From NCBI GenBank assembly GCA_963791045.1, contig CAWBQK010000015.1, positions 32,001-96,000 of the forward strand: 64,000 nucleotides of DNA, read 5' to 3'. The stretch is from Candidatus Latescibacterota bacterium (lineage in GTDB: Bacteria; Krumholzibacteriota; Krumholzibacteriia; WVZY01). Below the pieces are notes generated by a model. That model did no database searches. It was not told where the DNA came from and saw nothing but the letters and a program-made list of their open reading frames with translations. The position numbers and the translations under genes were made by a program. How positions within the stretch are numbered: the stretch's first letter is position 1; each line of letters opens with the position of its first letter. Positions 30,611-41,656 of this stretch are shown one piece after another.

Positions 30611-31576
30611 CTACAAAGCTCTACCGAAACAAACCACCGTGACCGCACCGGCCCCGGCGGCGAGCAGCGTCGCCGCGCAGGCCGCGGCCGTCGCCCCGGT
30701 GGTCACCAGGTCGTCGACGAGGAGCACACTCGTGCCGGAGATATTCGCCCCGCACGAGAACACGCCGCGGACGTTGTCCGCGCGCTTACCCGTCTTCGTT
30801 CTCGACTGAGGCCGCGTGGGGGCGGTTTTTCGAAGACTCACCGTGTCGAGCGGCAAGTCGATCACCTCCGCGATCCGGTGCGCAAACCGCTCTGACTGGT
30901 TGAAACCACGCCGTTTCAGTCCCCGCGCGTCCATCGGCACGGGGACGATAACGGCCCCGTCACCGGGAGCCGGTCCAAATTGGCCGATCGCCCAAAGGAT
31001 TGCCTCCGCCACGGGCCGCGCGAGGGCCTCGTACCGGCCAAACTTCACTAAGTGTATTATTTGCAACACATTATCATCTACCATATATGGAGAAATCACC
31101 CTGATTGGCGGTCCGGACGGCGCCACCCGTCCCCGTACCACTGCTGAGCCGTCCCCGGCAAAAACCTCGCCCCGCTGAGTCACAACAGTATGGGGCCCCG
31201 CTTGATAGCCCAGCTCGCCCGCCATCAGCGCCACCGGGAGCCGCCCGGCACACGCCGCGCACACAGGATGATTCGTAATTTCCAGGAGACCGCGGAGGAC
31301 CCGGTGGCGAACCGCTCCCGCAAGGAATTTTCCCGGTCCCGCCGTGCTACAAAGAAACCCCGGTTTGTGGCACAGGACACAAACATCATCGATGGCGAAA
31401 TCGAGGACCGAACTCGCCAGAGAACCGGCGATCCTTGCCGCTTTCCGCGGAAACCCGCTGATGTCTCTTGTGAAAAACCGGCGGAAGCGCCGGCCTGAAT
31501 TCCGGAGTGGCCCGACCCGGCCCGGCGTATCATCCACACCCATCACCTCCCACCAAATCACCGCGCGGGAAATCAA
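30611..31576 (-). CDS. comF: ComF family protein (zinc ribbon plus PRTase); start uncertain
   Basis: CVLC and CAAC, VPVP...RRGFNQS, LLVDDLVTTGAT. Confidence 0.88.
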   Translation of the reverse strand: MISRAVIWWEVMGVDDTPGRVGPLRNSGRRFRRFFTRDISGFPRKAARIAGSLASSVLDFAIDDVCVLCHKPGFLCSTAGPGKFLAGAVRHRVLRGLLEITNHPVCAACAGRLPVALMAGELGYQAGPHTVVTQRGEVFAGDGSAVVRGRVAPSGPPIRVISPYMVDDNVLQIIHLVKFGRYEALARPVAEAILWAIGQFGPAPGDGAVIVPVPMDARGLKRRGFNQSERFAHRIAEVIDLPLDTVSLRKTAPTRPQSRTKTGKRADNVRGVFSCGANISGTSVLLVDDLVTTGATAAACAATLLAAGAGAVTVVCFGRAL

Positions 31577-32377
31577 TCAGACCATGACAGATTTGTCGGA
31601 GGTCTTCCGCACGAGAAGATACAAACCGACCGCGAACATCCCGACGCTTAGCAACTGATTGAGCGTCAAGCCAAACGCGACTCTCATGCTCTCTTCATAG
31701 ACACGCGTAAAATCGAGACCAAAACGGGCGATGCCGTAACTTAAACACAGCAGCCCAAACGTAGCCCCACGCTTCGTCAATCGCTTCTGAAGAACGAGAA
31801 TGATGACAAGCGTGATCAACCCGCAAAAGGACGAGTACAGTTGGGAGGGATGGAGTCCGATGCGGTCGAGCCCGAGGGCGAGAGCCGCGTCGTGCGCGTA
31901 GCTCCCCGCCGGCGAATCCAGCGGAAAATAAACGCCCCACGAATGCGTTGTCTCTTTGCCAAAACAGCACCCGCTCAAGAAACAGCCAATACGCGTCGTC
32001 ATGATACCGAGCGCGAGAGCCGGGGCAAAGATATCGCCGAGAAGAAGGAAACTGATATTTTTTTTCTGTGAAAAAACGAATCCGCAAAAGAACGCCAGCA
32101 GAAATCCTCCGTAAAGAGTCGCCCCTCCCTGCCACAGGGCAAAGACATCGATAAAGCTCTGGTACTCGGTTATGTGGAACGCCACGTACAAAAGGCGCGA
32201 GCCAATGACGCCTGCCAGAATCAGATAGACGCTCAAGTCGAGAATATTTTGTGGATCGATTCCGAACCGCTTCGCGCGATAACTCGACAAATAGATTCCG
32301 GCGAGAAAGCTAATGGCAAGCATGAATCCAAACGAGTAAACGCTGAACCTTCCAATTTCAATCAGTACCGGATGCAT
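31577..32377 (-). CDS. lgt: Prolipoprotein diacylglyceryl transferase
   Basis: GSRLLYV, GGATLYGG, RIGCFLSGCCFG, HPSQLY, Y...RF..DF.R. Confidence 0.95.
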   Translation of the reverse strand: MHPVLIEIGRFSVYSFGFMLAISFLAGIYLSSYRAKRFGIDPQNILDLSVYLILAGVIGSRLLYVAFHITEYQSFIDVFALWQGGATLYGGFLLAFFCGFVFSQKKNISFLLLGDIFAPALALGIMTTRIGCFLSGCCFGKETTHSWGVYFPLDSPAGSYAHDAALALGLDRIGLHPSQLYSSFCGLITLVIILVLQKRLTKRGATFGLLCLSYGIARFGLDFTRVYEESMRVAFGLTLNQLLSVGMFAVGLYLLVRKTSDKSVMV

Positions 32378-32440
32378 ATCGGCCTTTCATCGCGGATCGT
32401 TCCCGCCGCGTTGCCGGGACGGACGCATGCCGCCCGGCAG

Positions 32441-33688
32441 CTAGTACTCATACCACCGCACGCTACAGTTTAGTAGAAACCCGACAAAGAAGCAACTCAC
32501 CACAAGCGAGCTACCCCCGTAACTAAGGAATGGAAGTGGGATACCTGTAACGGGCGCCATCCCGGTCGTCATCGCCACGTTAATAAACACCTGAAAAAAG
32601 AAGTATGCGGCGATCGCGATGCACATCGTGCTCGCAAACTCACTCTTGGCCTTGTCGGCAAGGAACAGCGCGCGAACAATAAGAACGGTAAAGAGAATCA
32701 GCACCAGGAGCGCGCCGATAAAACCGACCTCCTCTCCGAGCACCGAAAATACGAAGTCGGTATGCTTGGCAGGCAAGAACTCGAGCGCCTTCTGCGTTCC
32801 AAGCAGAAAACCCTTCCCGGACAAGCCGCCCGATCCAATCGCGATCTTGGATTGAAAAACCTGCCAGCCTTCGTCCAGCCGGTTCGAACCAGGATCGAGA
32901 AAACTGATGATCCTGTCCTGCTGGTACAACTTGAGGCGCTGCCAGGCAAACGGAAGCAAAAGGCCGAACCCGAGGTTGGCCCCAATCAGGGCCATGCTCG
33001 CCTTCGTATCCGCCCGCTTTAAATACGCCACAATAAATATAAACACGATATAGATCCCGAACGGCCACGGGTTACCCGTGATCTTTTCGCCATAAATAAT
33101 CAGAAGGATCGCGACGATCGGGGAGAGGAAGAAAAAAATCTGATACCCCTTGACACCCCGCCAATAAAGAACGGGCAGGAGAATCACGAACAAAACGATC
33201 GCCGTTCCAAGATCAGGCTGCCTCAAAACGAGAAGAAAAGGAAGCAGTGAAATGCCCAGGGCAAAGAGCACTTTTCGCATCCTGTCGGAACCACCGCGCT
33301 GACCGGCGAGAACACGCGCCCACACAAACATGAGCGCTATTTTCATTAGCTCGGAGGGCTGGAGTTTCATCGGGCCGAGCGAAATCCACCGCTGAGTGTG
33401 CGACCCACCTCCGATAAAAAGAACCAGAATGAGAAGAAAAACGCCCAGCGCATAGAAAACATAGGCAAGCGCCTCGAAGAATCGGAAGGGCACGGCAAAA
33501 CCAATCACCGCGGCGATAAAACCGAGGCACACCCATATGAGCTGACGGGTGAAATACGTGTTGTCAATTTCTTCCGCAAACCCGGCCTGGTGCGGATGAA
33601 AGATCGAGTAGATCAATCCCAGCCCGACGACTATGAGCGTCACTGTGGTTATCACCACCAGCCAGTCAAAATCACCGCGGGTTCTCAT
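32441..33688 (-). CDS. rodA: Rod shape-determining SEDS protein RodA
   Basis: RWISLG..LQPSELMK, QPDLGT, SKIAIGSGG, HTDFVF, TGIPLPFLSYGGSS. Confidence 0.96.
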   Translation of the reverse strand: MRTRGDFDWLVVITTVTLIVVGLGLIYSIFHPHQAGFAEEIDNTYFTRQLIWVCLGFIAAVIGFAVPFRFFEALAYVFYALGVFLLILVLFIGGGSHTQRWISLGPMKLQPSELMKIALMFVWARVLAGQRGGSDRMRKVLFALGISLLPFLLVLRQPDLGTAIVLFVILLPVLYWRGVKGYQIFFFLSPIVAILLIIYGEKITGNPWPFGIYIVFIFIVAYLKRADTKASMALIGANLGFGLLLPFAWQRLKLYQQDRIISFLDPGSNRLDEGWQVFQSKIAIGSGGLSGKGFLLGTQKALEFLPAKHTDFVFSVLGEEVGFIGALLVLILFTVLIVRALFLADKAKSEFASTMCIAIAAYFFFQVFINVAMTTGMAPVTGIPLPFLSYGGSSLVVSCFFVGFLLNCSVRWYEY

Positions 33689-35524
33689 TCTTGTTCGCTT
33701 TCCGTCTGCGTTTCCGCCGCCGTCGATCGGGTTACCACCGTGTCGGGCGGATCGAGATTGAAGTAGGCCTTGTAAAATTCACGCGACATCGGAGCCGCCA
33801 CTGCGCCTCCGTGCCCCGCGTTTTCAACAACGATCGCGATGCTAATTTCCGGATTTTCCGCGGGCGCATAGCCGATGAACAACGCGTGGTCTTCACCGTG
33901 AGGGTTCTGGGAAGTTCCGGTCTTGCCCGCCGCTTTGAAACCCCGAATCCGGCTGCCTTTCGCGGTTCCATGCTCGTCCCACACGACGCCGGTCATCGCA
34001 TTGCCGATAAAGTCGATCATCCTGTCGGACAAATGCCTTATCTTCTTTTTTACGAACACTTCCCGCATGGGCTCGCCTTCGATTTCGCCGATCACGTGGG
34101 GCTGCACGAGGTAGCCGCCGTTCGCGAAGGCCGCGGACACCCGGCACATCTGGAGCACGGTGGCAAGAAACTCACCCTGCCCGATAATATTGTTCAGGAC
34201 GAGGCCTTGTGTCCATTTCCCTTTTCCAAAACGCCGGTTGTAGTATTCGCGGTCGGGCACAAGCCCTCTCGCCTCGTTGGGAAGGTCGATCCCCGTATCG
34301 GCGCCGATTCCAAACTCCTGGGCCGCCTGCGCGAGTTCATCCACGTTTAGTACTTCCGCGACCTTGTAAGAAATAAGAATCGCATGATTGGACGATGCCG
34401 CCGTACAAATCCATATAACCGTGCCCGCCGGATTTCCAACACTTGAACACACGGTTGCCAAACCTGTACGCGCCGGTACAATAAACAATCGACTCGCCCG
34501 GATCCACGACACGGTTGAGAAGTATCGAATACGCGCTAACCACCTTGAAGGTCGACCCGGGCGGGTATGTCGCGCGGAGAAACCTGTTGAACATCGGTTT
34601 GTCCGGCGCGTTGTTGAGCCGGTTCCATTGTTCCGAGTCGATTCCGTGGGCAAAGCTGTTCGGGTCGAACTGCGGAAGACTGACCGCCGCTATTATCGAA
34701 CCGTCCTCGACGTTCATCACGACGGCCGCACCCTTCCCCCACGGGGCGATTAGATCCTCGAGCGTTTGTTGAGCCCGCGCATCGATGGTGAGAGTCACGT
34801 TCATTCCGGGATGGGGCGGACGCGAGAGATGGGGCAATTCGCCGAGAACCGTGCCCGACGCGTTGACTGCAACGACGCGTTGGCCGTCTTCTCCCTTGAG
34901 ATATTCTTCGCACACGCTCTCGATACCGGTTCTCCCAACCAAATCTCCCGCGAAATACCCCCCGGACTTGTTGTCGGCGAGAAACTGATCGTTCGCCTCT
35001 CCGACATACCCGAGGAGGTGGGCGGCAAACATCCCTTCGCGATACCGGCGTGTGGCCCTGGTACTCACACGAAGTTGAGGGAACAAATCGAAGTTTTCTC
35101 TCACGAACGAAATGACTACCTTGTTCGCGTCTTTTATCAACGGGAATGCCGCTCCCGCATTCCTCCTCTGCCACGCATCGAAGCGTGTGAACACCCTCGT
35201 CGAGTCCACGGGAAAATAATCAGAAAGATCCGCCACGATGTCGCGAATCATGCCTCTGTGCCGCCACGGCAGCATGATGTCAAAACTCGGAACGTTGTCG
35301 ACGAGATCGATTCCATTCCGGTCCTTTATCAAGCCGCGAGGGGAAACGATTCTTTCGCGTTGAAGTTGATTCTCCTGAGCGTACTGAGAGTAGTAATCAT
35401 GCTTGACATGCTGAAGAAAGAAAAGCCGACCGACGAGGACTGCAAACAACACGATCACAAACGCGACGAGCCACTGCACCCTGCCTTTTCCACGGTGTTC
35501 GTCCCTAGGATCGCGTTTTGCCAA
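33685..35524 (-). CDS. mrdA: Penicillin-binding protein 2, split by a +1 frameshift near 34369 (probable assembly error)
   Basis: ORF 34337-35524 (PRG.I.DRNG, YPPGSTFK SxxK, SCD) continues in ORF 33685-34653 (IGQG, AGKTGT). TCT TAT TTC T TAC AAG restores SCDSYFYK. Confidence 0.93.
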
Positions 35525-36008
35525 GGTACCTCACCACCTCGCGCAGCGCGTAGGTAACGATCTGGTGAACCAACACGCCTACAATCGCCGTATACAATGC
35601 GGAAGGAATCGATACCGTCACCCACATGAGGAAAAACTTGCCGAGGCTAAGCCCGGTGAAGAAAAGCAGATAAATAAAATCATGAAAGAGCGCCGCACCG
35701 CCGAGGAGCGCGAAAAGAAAAACGGAGCTTTCCGGCTCGGTTTTGGCACCGGCCGTTCCAAGCACGTATCCAACGATGGTTTTGGTCAGGGCATTCAAGC
35801 CAAGAAACCCCGGATTGAAAAGATCCTGGATAACACCGACCAGGAAACCGACGACGGAACCGCGAATCGATCCCTTGAACACGGCGAGATAAGCTACGAT
35901 GAGCAGCGGAAAATCCGGCTGCACGCGCCCGATCGAGATCTTGTCGGCCAGGAGAACCTGGAGCAGGAAAAATACGGCAAGAACGGTTCCCAGTGGAGTA
36001 CCTCTCAT
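35505..36008 (-). CDS. mreD: Rod shape-determining protein MreD
   Basis: Hydrophobic; QPDFPL, GF..G..QD...LGLNAL; sits between mreC and mrdA. Confidence 0.92.
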   Translation of the reverse strand: MRGTPLGTVLAVFFLLQVLLADKISIGRVQPDFPLLIVAYLAVFKGSIRGSVVGFLVGVIQDLFNPGFLGLNALTKTIVGYVLGTAGAKTEPESSVFLFALLGGAALFHDFIYLLFFTGLSLGKFFLMWVTVSIPSALYTAIVGVLVHQIVTYALREVVRYLGKTRS

Positions 36009-36865
36009 CGCTCTTCTCCGAATATCTCTTTGACCAGCGTCGAGTCATGCACGTCGTAAAAGATCCCATGTTCCCACGGGATCTCATCCGTCACGACGAA
36101 TACCTCTTCGAGCGACCTGAAATTTATGTCACTGATCGCCTCAACCTTGAGGCTCACGCCGTCCATCTGCTTGTTAACCTTGCTCACCAGCGCGACGGAG
36201 AACCCTTTCGGAACAACTCCACCGAAACCGCTGGTAATGAGCGTGTCGCCAACCTGAACATCATCCACAACACTCACGTTCTTCATCTCGAAATAAGAGA
36301 AGTGACTCCACTCAAGAATCCCGACGACGCGGCTTCTCCTGTCGAGACAGCTGACCGGATTGTTTCGACTGCAAATCAGCTGAACCCAGGATGAATTCTC
36401 GAACACATGGGACACACGCCCCACATAGCCGCCGTAGGACAAGACCGGCATCCTCACGCTAATCGAATCCGCCGCCCCCTTATCGATCACCAGCGTCGTC
36501 TGAAACCGGTCGAGGTTGCGTCCGATGACTTCACACGGCACAAGTTTGAGAAATTGATCCTCTTTGAAGTCGGCAAGCCGGCGCAAGCGTTCGCGCTCGT
36601 CCCTGAACTGGAGAAGTCGTTCGCGTTCGTGCATCAGACTCGCGACCATCCGCCTGAGCTCGCGGTTTTCTCCGCGAATCGTCATCAGGCCCTCGACATA
36701 ATCGGTTGAGCTGTATATCGGGTACAAAATCGCGTTGAGCGTGACCTGGGCCATCGACATTTTCGACGGCTGCGGGATCAGCATCAGCGACACGGACAGG
36801 ATAACGAGAATGGCAAGAACTGTCTTCTCGCGGTGTCGGCGAAAGAGTAGATCGAAGATCGGCAT
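36005..36865 (-). CDS. mreC: Rod shape-determining protein MreC
   Basis: TM, coiled coil EN..LR, IDKG, GD.LITSGFGGVVPKG. Confidence 0.95.
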   Translation of the reverse strand: MPIFDLLFRRHREKTVLAILVILSVSLMLIPQPSKMSMAQVTLNAILYPIYSSTDYVEGLMTIRGENRELRRMVASLMHERERLLQFRDERERLRRLADFKEDQFLKLVPCEVIGRNLDRFQTTLVIDKGAADSISVRMPVLSYGGYVGRVSHVFENSSWVQLICSRNNPVSCLDRRSRVVGILEWSHFSYFEMKNVSVVDDVQVGDTLITSGFGGVVPKGFSVALVSKVNKQMDGVSLKVEAISDINFRSLEEVFVVTDEIPWEHGIFYDVHDSTLVKEIFGEER

Positions 36866-36866
36866 G

Positions 36867-37907
36867 CTAGTCGTGGATGCTCTGCATCAAGATCCGTTCG
36901 TACAAATGAACATTATCGAGTACTTTTCCCGCCCCGAGAACGACGCAAAGGAGCGGATCGTCAACCACGTTTATAGGCAGGTTCGTCTGTTCCTTGAACA
37001 GAGTATCGAGCCCTCTCAACAACGAGCCACCCCCCGTCATAACAATCCCGCGGTCGACGATATCGGCGGCGAGTTCGGGCGGTGTCTCTTCGAGAGCTTG
37101 TTTGAGCGCTTCAACGATCTGTGATATCGGTTCGCTGAGCGCCTCGCGGATTTCTGCGCTGTTGAGCTTGAGAGTTTTCGGAATACCGGCGACAAGATCC
37201 CGCCCCTTGACTTCCATTTCCAGTTCCGTCTCCATCTGCCACGCCGTACCGATTCTCATCTTGATCATCTCGGCGGTTTGTTCACCGATGAGCATGTTGT
37301 ACGTTTTTTTCACATGCTGGACAATAGCCTCGTCCATCTCATCGCCCGCAACTCGAATCGAGCTGTTCGCCACGATGCCGTCGAGCGCAATAACCGCGAT
37401 CTCGGTCGTCCCGCCTCCGATATCGATAACCATGTTTCCCGCCGGCTTGTCGACTGGAAGCCCGACACCGATCGCCGCGGCTATCGGTTCGGAGATAAGA
37501 AACACTTCGCGCGCACCCGCATGTTCGGCACTGTCTCGCACGGCACGGCGTTCAACCTCTGTGATTCCCGAGGGAACGGCCACGACGATTCTGGGCCTTA
37601 TGAAAAGCTTTTTCTGCTGCGACTTGCGGATAAAAACCCTCAACATCTTTTCGGTGATCTCGAAATCAGCGATTACGCCGTCCTTCATCGGACGAATCGC
37701 CGCGATGTGATCGGGCGTCTTGCCAAGCATCGCTTTCGCTTCAGCCCCGACGGCATAGACCTTCCCAGTCGACTGGTCCACGGCTACAACCGATGGCTCG
37801 TTGAGAACGATTCCCTCTCCCTTTACGAAGACGAGTGTGTTCGCCGTACCCAGATCGATGGCAACGTCATTTGAAAGAAAATTTGAAAACCAGGAAATCA
37901 CCGACAA
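36867..37907 (-). CDS. mreB: Rod shape-determining actin homolog MreB
   Basis: [37 protein letters not shown]. Confidence 0.98.
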   Translation of the reverse strand: MSVISWFSNFLSNDVAIDLGTANTLVFVKGEGIVLNEPSVVAVDQSTGKVYAVGAEAKAMLGKTPDHIAAIRPMKDGVIADFEITEKMLRVFIRKSQQKKLFIRPRIVVAVPSGITEVERRAVRDSAEHAGAREVFLISEPIAAAIGVGLPVDKPAGNMVIDIGGGTTEIAVIALDGIVANSSIRVAGDEMDEAIVQHVKKTYNMLIGEQTAEMIKMRIGTAWQMETELEMEVKGRDLVAGIPKTLKLNSAEIREALSEPISQIVEALKQALEETPPELAADIVDRGIVMTGGGSLLRGLDTLFKEQTNLPINVVDDPLLCVVLGAGKVLDNVHLYERILMQSIHD

Positions 37908-37943
37908 TCACTGTCCTTTCCTGCGCGCTCTCGGGCGTGCGAA

Positions 37944-38633
37944 TCAAAACACTCCGGATTCCTTGAGACTCTGATACCGGCCGGACCCTATAATCACGTG
38001 GTCGAGAAGTTGAATGCCTATTAGCTCGCCACATTTTGCAAACCGTTTTGTAAACTCGACGTCCTCTTTGCTCGGGGCGGGATCGCCGGTTGGATGATTG
38101 TGAACGAGTATGATCGATGCGGCGCTCGCCGATATCGCCGGTTTCAAGATCTCCCGCGGATGGACTATCGACGCGTTGAGAGATCCGATGGAGACGGTGA
38201 CTATCTTAAGAATCTGGTTCTTAGTATTTAACAGCGCCGCCTTAAAATGTTCCCTGTCGTAATGTTTCATCTCGTCCATGAACAAGCCCGCTATCTCCCC
38301 CGGCCCCTTGATCGACGTGCCCCGCGTCGTCGACATTCGCGTAAATCTTTTTCCGAGTTCAACGGCCGCCATGATCTGGCACGCGCGCGCGAATCCAATT
38401 CCCGACACCTTGACCAGATCATCGAGACCCGCGCGCCCCAGCGAAACGATATCTCCGAAACTCTCGAGAAGCCGATACGAGAGAAAAAGCGCGCTCCCCT
38501 CTTTGGAGCCACGACCAAGTACGATCGCCAACAACTCCTGGAGCGAGAGGTCGGCCGCTCCTATGTGGTAGAGCCTCTCCCGTGGTCTGTCTTCCGGGGG
38601 CAGTCCCTTTACCGAAATACGGTCAGTCATCAT
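37944..38633 (-). CDS. radC: RadC/JAB domain protein
   Basis: RPRERL, VHPREI, HNHPTGDPAPS.ED, LLDHVII. GGGAGG SD before the MMM start. Confidence 0.95.
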   Translation of the reverse strand: MMTDRISVKGLPPEDRPRERLYHIGAADLSLQELLAIVLGRGSKEGSALFLSYRLLESFGDIVSLGRAGLDDLVKVSGIGFARACQIMAAVELGKRFTRMSTTRGTSIKGPGEIAGLFMDEMKHYDREHFKAALLNTKNQILKIVTVSIGSLNASIVHPREILKPAISASAASIILVHNHPTGDPAPSKEDVEFTKRFAKCGELIGIQLLDHVIIGSGRYQSLKESGVF

Positions 38634-38901
38634 CATCCTCCCACACACAACCCACAACCAGAACCGCCACCAAACTCACCCGGAGCCCGGTACTCGTACG
38701 ACAGAATTGTCCACTTCGTTGAGAGCGTTAGACAACCCGGTCGACAACCAAACAGGTTCCGGCGCATGCCCGGGGCATGCCGTCGGTACGGAGGCTAGCA
38801 CCCGAGGCGATTTTACGGCAAGAATTTTATTGGCACGGCGAGTTTGACGGCAAGGATTCTTTGCAGCAATCCTCGTGCCGATGCTATATTGAGTCTCAGA
38901 T

Positions 38902-40122
38902 ATGACGAACGGACTCATTGTGCAGAAGTACGGAGGGAGCTCGCTCTCCACTCCGGACCGGATTCGGAAGGTCGCCGAACGGATTGCCTCGCGCTCACGC
39001 GAGGGGCACCGGGTCGTGGTCGCCGTGTCGGCAATGGGGTCGTCAACCGACGAGCTCCTCAAGCTCGCATACGAGATCACTCCTTCCCCTCCCCAGCGCG
39101 AACTCGACATGCTTCTCACCGTCGGGGAGAGAATATCGATGGCGCTGCTCTCGATGGCCCTCAATTCGATGGGCTGCCGGGCGATTTCATTCACCGGCTC
39201 ACAATGCGGGATCGTCACAAACGTCAGTCACACCAGGGCTTTGATCGAAGAAATCAAGGGACACCGGATAGAGGAGGCCCTGGGACAAGGTCATGTGGTC
39301 ATTTTCGCCGGTTTCCAGGGTGTCAGCAGGGCAAGGGAAATTACGACTTTGGGACGGGGCGGGTCGGACACCTCCGCGGTGGCCATCGCCGCCAGCCTGG
39401 GAGCGAGCCGGTGTGAGATCTGTTCCGATGTAGCGGGAGTGTTTACCGCCGACCCGCGGATCGTCAAGAACGCCAAGCGGTTGCCACGAATCAGCTATGA
39501 TGAGATGCTCGAACTCGCCGTCCTGGGAGCCAGGGTGCTCCACTACCGGGCGGCTGAACTTGCGCGCCGTTACCGCGTCCCCGTCGATCTGCTATCGAGT
39601 TTTGACGACTCGGAGGGGACAACCGTGCGCGATGGGAGAGATATGGAACGAGAATGTATTACGGGAGTCACTTCAAACAAGCACGTCGCCTTGATCCGCC
39701 TGTCCGCCGCCGGTGACATCGCCAGCCTCGCCGACCTCCTCAGGCGGTTCGTGGAGGAGGATCTCCGCATTATCAGCTACCAGAGAACCTCACGGGAGTC
39801 GGAAAACACACTCACGCTCGTCGTCGAACCGGAAGCCGTGGCACGCATGAAAGAGATTCTGAGCGCGAGCGCGCAAGGTGCTGGAGGAATCGAGATCGAA
39901 TCCGAAGAAGGCCTATCCTCGGTCTCTGTTGTTGGAAGCGGACTCAGCTGCAGCGCCCGAACCATTGCACGGATCGAAGGAGTGCTGGCGAATACCGGGA
40001 TCCCGGTGTCGTATGTCGGAACATCCACACTGGCGGTCACATGCCTGGTCCCCGAATCGTCACGTGAGAATGCCGTCGGCATACTCCACAGCGCCCTCGT
40101 CGAGACCGACAAATCAAGGTAG
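38902..40122 (+). CDS. lysC: Aspartate kinase with C-terminal ACT domains
   Basis: VQKYGGSS, VSAMG, AGFQG, TTLGRGGSDTSAV, DV.GVFTADPR. Confidence 0.95.
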   Translation: MTNGLIVQKYGGSSLSTPDRIRKVAERIASRSREGHRVVVAVSAMGSSTDELLKLAYEITPSPPQRELDMLLTVGERISMALLSMALNSMGCRAISFTGSQCGIVTNVSHTRALIEEIKGHRIEEALGQGHVVIFAGFQGVSRAREITTLGRGGSDTSAVAIAASLGASRCEICSDVAGVFTADPRIVKNAKRLPRISYDEMLELAVLGARVLHYRAAELARRYRVPVDLLSSFDDSEGTTVRDGRDMERECITGVTSNKHVALIRLSAAGDIASLADLLRRFVEEDLRIISYQRTSRESENTLTLVVEPEAVARMKEILSASAQGAGGIEIESEEGLSSVSVVGSGLSCSARTIARIEGVLANTGIPVSYVGTSTLAVTCLVPESSRENAVGILHSALVETDKSR

Positions 40123-40206
40123 CACGCCGGGTCCTGTCGTTCCCCTGTCCCAATGGAGACAGTGCGGTCTCAAGAATGAACGTAATCGATGCCACACGTG
40201 CCTGCG

Positions 40207-41430
40207 TCACGCCTTGGCCAGGAGATTCTGCCTCTGTTCCCTCGCGAATTCCACCCAAGTATCATTCGGGTAGTTCCGGATTACACGCTCGTAAAAATCA
40301 TCCGCCTTTTCCACATCCTCGAACGTATTGGAGCAGATTCCGGCCGCGCGGAGAAGCGCGAGGGGCGAATCCGCATTTTCAGGGTACTTCCCCACAAATA
40401 CCTCATAGGCGCGGAGGGCGAGCTTCGGTTTGAGATTTCTTTCCAACCCGAACGCGAGTGTCAGGTGGCACTTTTCGCTGAGCGCAAAGTCCTTGAATCC
40501 CCTCGAGGCCTCCTGATACAACGCCTCGCAGTCCCCCCTCCGGCCCATTCGAAGCAGGAGTTCGCACGCCTTCCGGTAGTTTCGCCGTGCCCCGTCACCG
40601 TCTCGGGACATCGACATGGCGCGGGCGAGTCCGGCATAGCCGGCTGGATCATTGGGCCTGTCTTCGATATAGTGTATGAAATCACCCTGAGCGGCATAAG
40701 ACTCGCCCTTCCTGAGATACCGAATGGCGCGCTGGAGGAGACCATCGGTGCGGCCTTCCGCGTAGTGGCCCGCCGCGATGGCCGAAACGGCCCCCAACGC
40801 GAATCCCGACAGGTGGGCCACATAGGCGACCTGGCCTCCAAAACCACCAAACTGTATCAGCCCGCGGGCCATTTGCATCACGAACCACAAGGCTACGGCG
40901 AAAATCACCGGCATCTGCGCTTTCCCCGCACGCGTAAACGCCTGAAGCGGCATAAATATCCAATACGCGATCTCCATGCGCGAAGAGAGGAAACGGATGG
41001 TGAACGCTCCAAGAAGCCCGGAAACAGCCCCGGAGGCGCCGACAACGCCCATATACGGGTCATGGAGGACGTAAGTATTGAAGATTCCCTGGAGGAGGTT
41101 ACCGATTCCCGCGCATCCGATAAAAATCGATGTAAAGAAAACGGCCCCCATCCTGTCTTCGACGTATCTCCCGAACAAGAACAGGTAGATGAGATTGCCG
41201 AGCAGATGAAGGAACCCGAAGTGGAGAAACGCCGCCGTCACCGCCGTGATGACGTTGGGTTCGTCGGGAAAATAGACCAGCCGGAAGAAATCGAACGGCA
41301 CCGAATCGGCAAAGAACTTATTTGCGGCAAAGAGGAGAATGCAAAGCGCCGTATACGCATAGGTCATCACCGGGACCTTGCGGAGCTTTTGATCGATACC
41401 AACCGGCACGTAATAAAAGAAGTAGACCAT
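40207..41430 (-). CDS. Rhomboid protease fused to a C-terminal TPR region
   Basis: FLH.G.LHLLGN, VGASGA, AHLSG; helical C-terminal repeats with YP...W motifs. Confidence 0.9.
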   Translation of the reverse strand: MVYFFYYVPVGIDQKLRKVPVMTYAYTALCILLFAANKFFADSVPFDFFRLVYFPDEPNVITAVTAAFLHFGFLHLLGNLIYLFLFGRYVEDRMGAVFFTSIFIGCAGIGNLLQGIFNTYVLHDPYMGVVGASGAVSGLLGAFTIRFLSSRMEIAYWIFMPLQAFTRAGKAQMPVIFAVALWFVMQMARGLIQFGGFGGQVAYVAHLSGFALGAVSAIAAGHYAEGRTDGLLQRAIRYLRKGESYAAQGDFIHYIEDRPNDPAGYAGLARAMSMSRDGDGARRNYRKACELLLRMGRRGDCEALYQEASRGFKDFALSEKCHLTLAFGLERNLKPKLALRAYEVFVGKYPENADSPLALLRAAGICSNTFEDVEKADDFYERVIRNYPNDTWVEFAREQRQNLLAKA

Positions 41431-41581
41431 TCAGGACAATCCGGCTGAAGTGCAAAAATCGGTCGAAATCGTTTGATACGTGCAATTTTCGGGCCTCATC
41501 GGGGCGTCGCGGGCGCCACTCGGGCCCAGAACCACTCCCCAGGGCGCCGAGTGTTGGTGCGGTAAGGGATGCCTTCAGGGC

Positions 41582-41620
41582 AAAAAATAAGAGGGCCCCC
41601 GCAAATGGGAGCCCTCTCTT
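41582..41620 (-). terminator. Terminator after the porin-like gene
   Basis: Minus strand AGAGGGCTCCC-loop-GGGGGCCCTCT-TATTTTTT. Confidence 0.75.
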
Positions 41621-41656
41621 TCGGAATCAACCGCTCAAGCAGTTGTAGAGCCGTTT

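Noticed and set aside
37944-38633. RadC/JAB as a defence-system or mobile-element marker
   Set aside because: Full-length RadC in its usual chromosomal position upstream of mreBCD.
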